Positions 56,202 through 64,000 of a DNA stretch of 64,000 nt are shown here, piece by piece (within the stretch, counting starts at the first letter, position 1; the number at the start of each line of letters is the position of its first letter). Under the pieces are notes generated by a model. That model was not told the origin of the DNA and ran no database searches. It saw nothing but the letters and a program-made list of their open reading frames with translations. The position numbers were made by a program, and so were the translations under genes. The DNA is from Bacteriovorax sp. (lineage in GTDB: Bacteria > Bdellovibrionota > Bacteriovoracia > Bacteriovoracales > Bacteriovoracaceae), in NCBI GenBank assembly GCA_040376855.1, contig JBEIPV010000002.1, forward strand, positions 666 to 64,665, in the 5' to 3' direction.

Positions 56202-57341
56202 CTAGTTTAAACGATAAACTCTCGGAACGCGAGGAAGAAGCGCGCAGAAAACTTCGTATGGAATGGTTTTTGTTTCCATGCAAAATTTTAAGAGATCGCC
56301 ATCTGTCTGACCCCAGATCGTAAAAATTTCGTGAGCTGTAATCTTACCGATAGCTTCTTTGGGGAAAAATACGTGAGTCATATCCATGCTGACTCTCCCG
56401 ATAATCACTCCCTCAAAACCTTTGTGATATAAATGTGCACCTGAGTAACGATTGAAAAATCCGTCACCATATCCGATCGCAAGAATCGCAATTAATCCAT
56501 CTTCAGGACAAGGTGTCGAATTGTATCCGACGACTTCGCCTTTTTTTACGACAAAGGTTCTTAAAATGTAAGTTTCTAATGTTGAAACAAGCTTGCCTTG
56601 AAAATGCCCCGGGACTCCATCGTTCAATGAAGTTGGCCCATACAACATCAGGCCTGGTCTTGCGTGAGTGTCTCCACTATTTTCACGTAAACCAGTTTTC
56701 TGCTCAATGCTTCCAGAATTTGATTGTGAAGTTCTCTCAAGAGTAATCCCCGCATCGCGGAAAAACTTTTTAATTTCTTCGAAACGTGTTCTTTGTAAAA
56801 CGTTTGTTTGATTTGCATCCATCGACGAACTCGCATTCGCATAATGGCTGATTAAATGGTGAACACTGGTTCTTCCATGTTGCTTTAATCTATTTACAAT
56901 TACAGGAGCATCGTTCGGGTCTAATCCTAAACGGTTCATTCCCGTATTAAATTTTAAACAAATCGGGAAATTTCTAAGTTCCGGCGTATGAAGAATGTAA
57001 TCCAGCTCACTGACGTTTGAGATCACCGGAATAATTCTGCGCTTTAAATAAATATCAACGTTTTCTAGAAGCTCCAGTTGGATATCTGAAAAAACATAGA
57101 TATCAAATTCCAGTTCATTTAATTCTTCACGCAGCTTAAGTGCTTCACCAATGGTCGCGCAACCGAATTCACGAATACCAAGTTCAGTAATCGCGTAACG
57201 TGCAATAGGAATCATCCCATGTCCGTAACCATCAGCTTTAATCATAAAAAGGATGTTGGTATTGGGCGTGATTTTTCTAATTTGATTAACGTTGTAAGCA
57301 AGGTTGTCGAGATTAACCACTAAGCGGCTTCTAAATTTCAT
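56202..57341 (-). CDS. alr: Alanine racemase
   Basis: IKADGYGHG (PLP Lys), NTGMNRLG, RPGLMLYG, VGY, GYGDG, GRVSMD. Confidence 0.95.
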   Translation of the reverse strand: MKFRSRLVVNLDNLAYNVNQIRKITPNTNILFMIKADGYGHGMIPIARYAITELGIREFGCATIGEALKLREELNELEFDIYVFSDIQLELLENVDIYLKRRIIPVISNVSELDYILHTPELRNFPICLKFNTGMNRLGLDPNDAPVIVNRLKQHGRTSVHHLISHYANASSSMDANQTNVLQRTRFEEIKKFFRDAGITLERTSQSNSGSIEQKTGLRENSGDTHARPGLMLYGPTSLNDGVPGHFQGKLVSTLETYILRTFVVKKGEVVGYNSTPCPEDGLIAILAIGYGDGFFNRYSGAHLYHKGFEGVIIGRVSMDMTHVFFPKEAIGKITAHEIFTIWGQTDGDLLKFCMETKTIPYEVFCALLPRVPRVYRLN

Positions 57342-57348
57342 TTAATTC

Positions 57349-58836
57349 CTATATGTCCAAACTTGTTTTAGGTTCAACGAAAGTCCATGCTTTCCTTTGA
57401 TCCTTGATATTATCCTTCAGGTCATGATCGAGCTTTAAAACTTTCGTTAAATAAGCGTGAGCTGAAAGTGGCGACATCGTCACCTTAGGCTGGACTAATT
57501 GTGCAAGAACACCTTCAGTGTCTTCAAAATATTTCCAGTACTGAAAACGATTAGCAAATTCTTTTAATTGATCAAAAAATAAATCCAGGTCTGAAGCCTT
57601 TACTAAAAAGCCCATGTTCCCTACGCCATATTCAAAAAATCTGAAGTCTGAGCGAGACTGGATTTCCAGTTTGTTGATAAATTCTGTCGAAAAACGATTC
57701 CAGAAAAAGCGATTCTGTCCTTTTTTCAAAACGATTTGAACCAAGCTCGATAAATCTAAATCCACCAGACGCATGTCATTTAAGTTTTTGTGAGCGACTG
57801 CTTCACTGACAGTTTGACCGAATAAAAACTGGTCAAGATAGCTCATGGCCTCAAAAGTTGAGCCAAACTTTCTATCAATAGAAATAGGTGCACTTAATTT
57901 ATTTTTGAAAGTTGCATAGAAACCGTTTAAATAAGCTTCCAATAAATTCCAGTCAAAGTTGTTATAAAAGATTTCATTTTTTGATTTAATGAAAATCATT
58001 TTATCCGTCTGACCTTCAGAACCCTTAATCAGAAGAGAGACTAAATCTCCTCCCATAATCTCCACGGCAACCTGAGTGGCCATATTCTGGGCAAACAATT
58101 CAATCCCGTGAGCACAGGCCTGGCCTAACCACAGAGAAGGAATATTTCTGAATTTTTGAATATGAGAAACCGGCGACAGAAGTTTTTGTCCGTTAAAGCT
58201 CAGCTCTAAAAATGCAAACTCGTCGATCTCGTCGATTCCGTGAAAAACTTTTTCCAGGGCCTTAAAAAAGTCCGCTTCAAAACGATACTTTTCAAAATCC
58301 ATGCAAACGCTTTTAACCATTGATACATAATTATCCGCACGCTCTTCTTCACGCAGGGCCATCTCCAGGCGTTCGATCTGCTCTTTTTGCGTCGTCGCCG
58401 TCACTTTCAACATGTGATTGTGCTGCTCAAGCGCAGAGACTTTATTCAATCTTTTTAAAATAGCTTTAAGCGGGCCTTCGTAATCAGGCGACTGCTTTAA
58501 AACACCAAGGTGATAAAAATGGTGAGTCGAAACCAGTAGAGGTTCTGTTTTTGGAGTGTAATAAAAAAGCAGTGGCATTTCTTCCGCCATCACGGCCGGG
58601 TGATCGCGAAGGACAAGATCCCCTTCACTCATCTTTTTTACGTCGACAATACAAAGGGCAGGCAAACGCTCAAGAGTTCCACTCCAGAATGTTTTTAAGT
58701 CTTCATAAAAATGCGGGATGACTCCAAGTTTTTTAAAAACTGAAGATATCTCTTTCACTTCGCTTAAATCAGAAAGTAAAAGCGCTACTGAAACTTTTCC
58801 GTCTACCACAACTAACCTCTTGTCGGTTTTATACAC
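57349..58836 (-). CDS. Hypothetical signalling protein (receiver-like, coiled coil, possible degenerate GGDEF)
   Basis: PALCIVDV..M N-terminus, coiled coil, C-terminal LVDLDL...RSDFRFFEYGVGNMGFLV. Confidence 0.7.
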   Translation of the reverse strand: MYKTDKRLVVVDGKVSVALLLSDLSEVKEISSVFKKLGVIPHFYEDLKTFWSGTLERLPALCIVDVKKMSEGDLVLRDHPAVMAEEMPLLFYYTPKTEPLLVSTHHFYHLGVLKQSPDYEGPLKAILKRLNKVSALEQHNHMLKVTATTQKEQIERLEMALREEERADNYVSMVKSVCMDFEKYRFEADFFKALEKVFHGIDEIDEFAFLELSFNGQKLLSPVSHIQKFRNIPSLWLGQACAHGIELFAQNMATQVAVEIMGGDLVSLLIKGSEGQTDKMIFIKSKNEIFYNNFDWNLLEAYLNGFYATFKNKLSAPISIDRKFGSTFEAMSYLDQFLFGQTVSEAVAHKNLNDMRLVDLDLSSLVQIVLKKGQNRFFWNRFSTEFINKLEIQSRSDFRFFEYGVGNMGFLVKASDLDLFFDQLKEFANRFQYWKYFEDTEGVLAQLVQPKVTMSPLSAHAYLTKVLKLDHDLKDNIKDQRKAWTFVEPKTSLDI

Positions 58837-59338
58837 TAGATAAATTATGCACTAAAGACTCAAGGCCTTCAATCTCTTTTATCTCAGTTTCCGAGAGGAT
58901 AAGGTCAGCTTTTCTATACATGGGAAGTCGTTTTTGATACAGCTCGCGCAATCCTTCTTCGCCCAATGCAGTCAAAGGACGGTTGCTGTCATTTTTGATT
59001 CGGTTGAAACAAGTTTCAAAAGGTACATCAAGAAAGACTAGTTTAGTCTGGTCTCTCAAGTCTAAAAAACGCTCGGCCGTGGGAGTTCCTCCACCTAAGG
59101 CAATGATCTTCATCGTTCTTTGGTTGACCAGACTCTGCAGCACATCCATCTCGACATCCCTGAACTTTGCCAGAGTATTTTTATTGATCCACTCCCCTAA
59201 TTGCAGGTGAGATATTCCAAGGTGATCGGCCACGACATGGTCGAGATCATAGGTCATAAAACCTAAATTATTTCCCTCGAAACTTGTAACGAAGGTAGTT
59301 TTCCCCGACCCCATAAATCCACAGACCAAAATATTCAC
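58829..59338 (-). CDS. aroK: Shikimate kinase
   Basis: GFMGSGKTT, DLD, FRDVE, ALGGG, RPL, R.PMY. Confidence 0.93.
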   Translation of the reverse strand: MNILVCGFMGSGKTTFVTSFEGNNLGFMTYDLDHVVADHLGISHLQLGEWINKNTLAKFRDVEMDVLQSLVNQRTMKIIALGGGTPTAERFLDLRDQTKLVFLDVPFETCFNRIKNDSNRPLTALGEEGLRELYQKRLPMYRKADLILSETEIKEIEGLESLVHNLSSV

Positions 59339-59392
59339 TTTTACCTCGAATCTCGATTGTACTTTTAAATCTTTCTAAGATAAATGGGACCC

Positions 59393-59914
59393 ATGAATAT
59401 TATAACTAAAATTAACGGCCAGATCGATGCAAGTGTTCCTGTAAACAACTACAGCCACGACATCACAGAAGATTACGAACTAACGAGTGAGAAGACTCCC
59501 TGGATGCAGGAAATCGTGACTGAACTTCACGAGCAACTGGATGAAGAGGATGTTTATCCTGCTGGGTCAATGAAGCTAAAGCTGGAAATTACCCGTAAGA
59601 AAAATTCGTTTATTGGCGATCATCTGATCGTCAGAGCTCACATTGACGCTCACTACCATTTGCCATGTGGACTGACTTTAGTACCACTTGCGCAGCACAT
59701 GGTTTTAGACGTTAATGCAGCATTTCTGCACGATTCTCAAGAAAAGTTACCAGAATACGTTGAAGCTACAACGGTTTACGCTGATAATGAAGAAATGGAA
59801 CTTTATTTTTACCGCAAAGGGTTAGCGGATATTAAAGAATTTATCCATGAGCAGATCTTCTTAGAGGTTCCGGCCTTCCCAAGATCACAAACAGCTGAAG
59901 AAGCACAAGAATAG
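59393..59914 (+). CDS. yceD: YceD/DUF177 family protein
   Basis: Directly upstream of rpmF; PCGLTL.PL and IHEQIFLEVP.FP. Confidence 0.78.
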   Translation: MNIITKINGQIDASVPVNNYSHDITEDYELTSEKTPWMQEIVTELHEQLDEEDVYPAGSMKLKLEITRKKNSFIGDHLIVRAHIDAHYHLPCGLTLVPLAQHMVLDVNAAFLHDSQEKLPEYVEATTVYADNEEMELYFYRKGLADIKEFIHEQIFLEVPAFPRSQTAEEAQE

Positions 59915-60016
59915 GGTTTTCACTCAAAAAAACTTGCCGAATAGCGGTTTTTGACGTATTGATTTACCCTCATATTTAAAAAAAGTTGAAGTTACTAATT
60001 TGTCGCGGAGTATAAG

Positions 60017-60226
60017 ATGGCAGTTCCTAAGAAGAAAAATTCAGTTTCAAGAAAAGGTTTAAGAAGAGCTGGTCAACACCATAAACTATATAGAAAACAT
60101 CCAATGTCATGTTCAAACTGTGGATCGCATGTAATGCCTCACGCTGTTTGTTCTGCTTGTGGTTTCTACAAAGGTAAAGTTGTTGTTTCAGTTAAAGCTG
60201 CATCAACTGAAGCTGCTGCTCAATAA
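60017..60226 (+). CDS. rpmF: 50S ribosomal protein L32 (zinc-ribbon type)
   Basis: MAVPKKK.S.SR, CSNCG...PH.VCSACGFYKG. Confidence 0.97.
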   Translation: MAVPKKKNSVSRKGLRRAGQHHKLYRKHPMSCSNCGSHVMPHAVCSACGFYKGKVVVSVKAASTEAAAQ

Positions 60227-60254
60227 TTAAAAGCAAAATTTTGTCTGAAAATAT

Positions 60255-60295
60255 AAAAGCCCTTAGATTCTATTAGATTTAAGGGCTTTTTTTTT
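60255..60295 (+). terminator. Rho-independent terminator after rpmF
   Basis: AAAAGCCCTTAGAT...ATTTAAGGGCTTTT followed by a T run. Confidence 0.82.
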
Positions 60296-60321
60296 GGCAA
60301 TTTAAAACATGGACGTCCAAT

Positions 60322-61323
60322 ATGAAAACCTATGAAGCAAAGATTCTAGGAACTGGGATGTACGCTCCCAAAAAGATCATGACAAACTTTGATCTTGAAT
60401 CAATTGTAGAAACAAACGATCAATGGATTTATGAAAGAACGGGAATTAAGCAACGTCACATCAGTTCTACTGAAGGCGGAGAATTTCCAACAGATATGGC
60501 ACTTGCTGCAACTAAAGACGCACTTGCTGCTGCTAATTTACAACCAAACGATATCGACTTCATCATTTTCGCTTCAGTTACTCCAGACGTAAAACTTCCC
60601 AACTCAGCATGTATCCTTCAAGTAAAACTTGGGATCACGAACAACTGTGCGTGTTTAGATATTGCTGTAGCTTGCTCAGGATTTGTTTATGGAACAAACC
60701 TTGCGAACTCGATGATCAAAACTGGTATGGCCAAAAATGTTCTGGTTGTTGGATCAGAAATGCTTTCTCGTGTAGTGAACTGGCAAGATAGAAACACATG
60801 CATTCTTTTCGGAGACGGCTGTGGTGTGGCCATCATTGGTCGCGCAGAAGAAGGATCAGAATCAAAAATCCTAGCAAGTGTTTTAAACTCAGACGGAACT
60901 GGCGGAGAGTTCTTCTCTCACCCGGTTGGTGGAGCGGTTACACCGATTACACCTGAACATATTTTAAACAATGAACACTACATGCTGATGAAAGGTAAAG
61001 AGATGTTCAAAGTTGCCACTCGTACACTGGCTGAAAACGGGAAGAAATGTTTAGAACAAGCTGGTATGACACTTGATCAAGTTGACTGGATTGTTCCTCA
61101 CCAGGCAAATATTAGAATCATTGAGACAACTGCAAGCATCTTAGGTGTAAGCATGGATAAGATGATTGTGAACATTCAAAATTACGGAAATACATCTGCG
61201 GCGACTGTGCCAATTGCTTTCCACGAAGCAGTTACTGATGGAAGAATTAAGCGCGGAGACATCGTTCTTTTTGACGCTTTCGGAGCAGGTCTAACGGCCG
61301 GAGCTACTCTACTTAGATATTAA
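60322..61323 (+). CDS. fabH: Beta-ketoacyl-ACP synthase III
   Basis: WIYERTGI, ACSGF, PHQANIRI, GNTSAATVP, FGAGLT. Confidence 0.97.
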   Translation: MKTYEAKILGTGMYAPKKIMTNFDLESIVETNDQWIYERTGIKQRHISSTEGGEFPTDMALAATKDALAAANLQPNDIDFIIFASVTPDVKLPNSACILQVKLGITNNCACLDIAVACSGFVYGTNLANSMIKTGMAKNVLVVGSEMLSRVVNWQDRNTCILFGDGCGVAIIGRAEEGSESKILASVLNSDGTGGEFFSHPVGGAVTPITPEHILNNEHYMLMKGKEMFKVATRTLAENGKKCLEQAGMTLDQVDWIVPHQANIRIIETTASILGVSMDKMIVNIQNYGNTSAATVPIAFHEAVTDGRIKRGDIVLFDAFGAGLTAGATLLRY

Positions 61324-61341
61324 CAAGAACACATTTAGTAT

Positions 61342-61377
61342 AGGCCTCACACTTTTTTTAAAGAAAGTGTGCAGGTC
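61342..61377. other. Intergenic hairpin between fabH and fabD
   Basis: GGCCT-CACACTT...AAGTGTG-CAGGTC imperfect inverted repeat without a U tail. Confidence 0.45.
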
Positions 61378-61401
61378 AATACTTAAAAAAGGACTTTAAT
61401 A

Positions 61402-62343
61402 ATGACTAAATCTGTAACACTTCTCTTCCCTGGACAAGGATCTCAATACGTCGGAATGGGAAAAAATCTTGATCAATCTCTCTTCGAAAAAGGTAACGAA
61501 ATTCTAGGTTACGACCTAAAAAAACTTATGCACGAAGGACCGGAAGAAGAGTTAAAATTAACTCACAACACTCAACCGGCGATCTTAAAACACTCCATCA
61601 CATTGTTTAATCAATTGATGACTGTTTTACAAAAACACAATGTAAAAATCGACCGCGTTCTTGGCCACTCTGTTGGAGAGTACGCTGCTCTTGCTGTTGC
61701 TGGAGTTTTATCTCCATACGACGCTATTCACGCTGTTCACCTTCGTGGAAAATACATGCAAGAAGCTGTTCCTGTTGGAATGGGGAAAATGTTTGCGATT
61801 CTAAAAGTGCCTGCTGATATCGTAGAACAAGCGTGTAAAGCTGCTTCAAAACCAGGTTCTGAAGTTATGCCAGCAAACTTCAATGACCCTTCTCAAATTG
61901 TTATTTCAGGTGAAAGTGAAGCTTGTGCTCGCGCAGTTGCTTGGCTATCTGAAAACTATAAAGAAGCTCACAGAGCAATGGAACTAAACGTTTCAGCTCC
62001 TTTCCATTCTTCTTTGATGAAACCAGCTGCTGACCAATTAAAAGAAGCATTCGGAAGATTCAAGTGGAACGAAAATAAAATTCCATACATCGCTAACATC
62101 AATGCACAAGAATACCCGGTTGGAACAAACCCAGAAACGATCATCGATAATTTGTATCACCAAGCTTACGGGCCGGTGCTATGGACGCAATCAATCGAGA
62201 AACTTCCATCTGACACGCTTTGTATTGAAGTTGGTCCGGGAAAAGTATTAATGGGTCTAGTTCGTAAAATTAATAAGGACATTAAAGTTATTACCCTAGA
62301 TAGAGATGAAGCATTAGCTGAAATCGAGGAGCTTTTAAAATGA
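61402..62343 (+). CDS. fabD: Malonyl-CoA:ACP transacylase
   Basis: FPGQGSQ, TQPAI, GHSVGEY, VSAPFHS. Confidence 0.97.
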   Translation: MTKSVTLLFPGQGSQYVGMGKNLDQSLFEKGNEILGYDLKKLMHEGPEEELKLTHNTQPAILKHSITLFNQLMTVLQKHNVKIDRVLGHSVGEYAALAVAGVLSPYDAIHAVHLRGKYMQEAVPVGMGKMFAILKVPADIVEQACKAASKPGSEVMPANFNDPSQIVISGESEACARAVAWLSENYKEAHRAMELNVSAPFHSSLMKPAADQLKEAFGRFKWNENKIPYIANINAQEYPVGTNPETIIDNLYHQAYGPVLWTQSIEKLPSDTLCIEVGPGKVLMGLVRKINKDIKVITLDRDEALAEIEELLK

Positions 62344-63101
62344 TAGCAACTTATAACGACTTAAAAGGTAAAACAGTTTTAATCACAGGTGCCTCAAGAG
62401 GCCTTGGTAAAAAAATGGCAGAAGCTCTTGCAACTCAAGGTGCTCATGTTGTTTTCAATTACAGAGGCGATGAAGCTGCCGCTATGAAGTTAAAAGAAGA
62501 GCTTCAGGCCCTTGGTGCTTCAAATGTGACGGCCTTACTTTTCGACGTAACGAATACTGCGCAAATGAAAGAAGCCGTAGAAAAATTCGTTGAAACAAAT
62601 GGACCAATCACTGGTCTTGTTAACAACGCTGGTATCTCAAAAGACCAAATCGTTCTTCGTATGAAAGAAGAAGATGTTGTTTCAACAATCAACACAAACT
62701 TAACGTCAGCGATTATGTTGACTCAAATCCTATCGAGAAGCTTTTTAAAAGCAGAAAACGTTTCAGTTGTTAACATCAGCTCAATCGTAGGTCTTATGGG
62801 GAATGCTTCGCAAATTGCCTACTCTGCTTCAAAAGCAGGGATGATCGGTTTCACAAAGTCTTATGCTAAAGAACTAGCTTCAAGAAACGTGAGATGCAAT
62901 GCAATATGCCCAGGTTTTATCACGACAGATATGACACATGCTTTAGATGAGAAAGTTAAGGACGCCTACCTAACTAGTATTCCATTAAAACGTATGGGTG
63001 ATGCAGAAGAAGTCGCGAACTTAGTCTGCTTTTTATTGAGCAAAGCATCGTCATATATCACTGGAGAAACGATTAAAATTGACGGTGGATTATATATCTA
63101 A
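62340..63101 (+). CDS. fabG: 3-oxoacyl-ACP reductase
   Basis: TGASRGLG, NNAGI, YSASK, PGFITTDMT. Confidence 0.96.
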   Translation: MIATYNDLKGKTVLITGASRGLGKKMAEALATQGAHVVFNYRGDEAAAMKLKEELQALGASNVTALLFDVTNTAQMKEAVEKFVETNGPITGLVNNAGISKDQIVLRMKEEDVVSTINTNLTSAIMLTQILSRSFLKAENVSVVNISSIVGLMGNASQIAYSASKAGMIGFTKSYAKELASRNVRCNAICPGFITTDMTHALDEKVKDAYLTSIPLKRMGDAEEVANLVCFLLSKASSYITGETIKIDGGLYI

Positions 63102-63141
63102 TAAAACTATTACTTATTTTAGATAAATTCAGGAGTATTGA

Positions 63142-63369
63142 ATGAAAGACAAGGTTATTAAACTAATCAGCGACGCGACTAAAATTGATATCGCTAAGAT
63201 CAATCTTGAAACTAGTTTCGTTGACGATCTAAACCTAGACTCTCTAGACATCGTTGAACTAATGATGAAAATGGAAGATGAATTTGGAGTAGAAATTCCT
63301 GAGGAAGACGCTGAAGGACTTAAAACGGTAAAAGACATCGTTACTTACTTAGAAAAGAAACAAGCATAA
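63142..63369 (+). CDS. acpP: Acyl carrier protein
   Basis: DLNLDSLDIVELMM..EDEFG.EIP.E.AE. Confidence 0.97.
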   Translation: MKDKVIKLISDATKIDIAKINLETSFVDDLNLDSLDIVELMMKMEDEFGVEIPEEDAEGLKTVKDIVTYLEKKQA

Positions 63370-63382
63370 GAATCTTAATCAT

Positions 63383-63403
63383 AAGGCCTCGAAAGAGGCC
63401 TTT
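63383..63403 (+). terminator. Hairpin after acpP (terminator/attenuator)
   Basis: AAGGCCTC-GAAA-GAGGCCTT with GNRA loop and short U tail. Confidence 0.7.
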
Positions 63404-63440
63404 GTAGTTTTTACGGTATAAAAAAATACGGAGGAAGATC

Positions 63441-64000
63441 ATGACGGAAGGAAGAAAACTCAACAGAGTCGCAATCACCGGTATGGGAATGATCAATGGA
63501 CTTGGTCATAATCTTAAAGACGTTTGGGCAAATGCGCTTGAAGGAAAATCAGGTGTCTCTTTGATCGAACAAATGGATACTGAATTACTTACGACAAAAT
63601 TCGCGGGTGAAGTAAAAAACTTCGAACTCTCGGCCGACATATTAGATGCAAAAGAAGCTGCTAAATACGACCGCTTCGTACACTTTGCTATGCACTCGAC
63701 TCACGAAGCTCTAAAAGACGCAAATCTTTTAGAAAATCGTCCATACGATATGGAAAGAATGGGTTGTATCCTTGGTGTTGGTATCGGTGGATTCCCTGAA
63801 ATTGAAAGAACAGCAAAAACAATGTTTGATAAAGGACCTCGTAGAGTGTCTCCTTTTTTCATTCCAGCTATTATTCCTAACATGCCTTCTGGTGTTGTGA
63901 CGATTCGTTACGGACTTGGTGGACTAAACTATGCGATCGCATCGGCATGCGCTTCAGCTGCTCACGCACTGACAGCTGCTTGTTACGAAATCATGTTTGG
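63441..64000 (+). CDS. fabF: Beta-ketoacyl-ACP synthase II, 3'-truncated by window edge
   Basis: GGAGG RBS; MTEGRKLNRVAITGMG, GKSGV, VSPFFIP..IPNM, SACASAAH; not in the ORF track because no stop lies in the window. Confidence 0.95.
   Translation, partial: MTEGRKLNRVAITGMGMINGLGHNLKDVWANALEGKSGVSLIEQMDTELLTTKFAGEVKNFELSADILDAKEAAKYDRFVHFAMHSTHEALKDANLLENRPYDMERMGCILGVGIGGFPEIERTAKTMFDKGPRRVSPFFIPAIIPNMPSGVVTIRYGLGGLNYAIASACASAAHALTAACYEIMF

Noticed and set aside
769-63883. Numerous 60-150 aa ORFs overlapping longer genes (e.g. 5368..5718, 28483..28932, 44527..44907, 63129..63338)
   Set aside because: Antisense or out-of-frame to well-supported genes, with Ser/Phe-rich shadow composition.
1-64000. 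tRNA, rRNA, riboswitch, IS element, integrase or prophage
   Set aside because: Intergenic gaps are short and explained by promoters and terminators; no cloverleaf, transposase or phage ORFs recognised by eye. An Rfam/tRNAscan run would be needed to exclude small RNAs.

Overview
AT-rich, gene-dense core chromosomal segment, most consistent with a predatory Bdellovibrionota of the Bacteriovorax type (inferred from FHA-GGDEF DgcB-like cyclase, GYF-domain proteins, vWA lipoprotein, sigma28-type promoters). About 60 CDS: ftsEX-envC-ctpA, xseA, tolQRAB, lapB, sppA, rlmN, pgi, mutL-miaA, acyl-CoA catabolism genes, rpsT, holA-lptE, dciA, tsaC, mlaEFD, alr, aroK and yceD-rpmF-fabHDG-acpP-fabF. I saw no rRNA, tRNA, CRISPR array, transposase, integrase or prophage genes. 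Most notable: (1) many full-length proteins whose catalytic motifs look lost (His-kinase CA domain, sigma54-type activator, M48 and CPBP proteases, GH35, alpha/beta hydrolase, MutL endonuclease, GIY-YIG, PilZ, GGDEF); (2) a candidate attack-phase signalling neighbourhood (FHA-GGDEF, sigma28-preceded Ser/Thr kinase, GYF-PilZ protein, sigma28-preceded MIDAS lipoprotein); (3) a histone H1-like/acidic/zinc-finger protein; (4) a Gram-positive-type LexA-like palindrome before a DEDDh exonuclease. All family calls come from by-eye motif recognition, not database searches.
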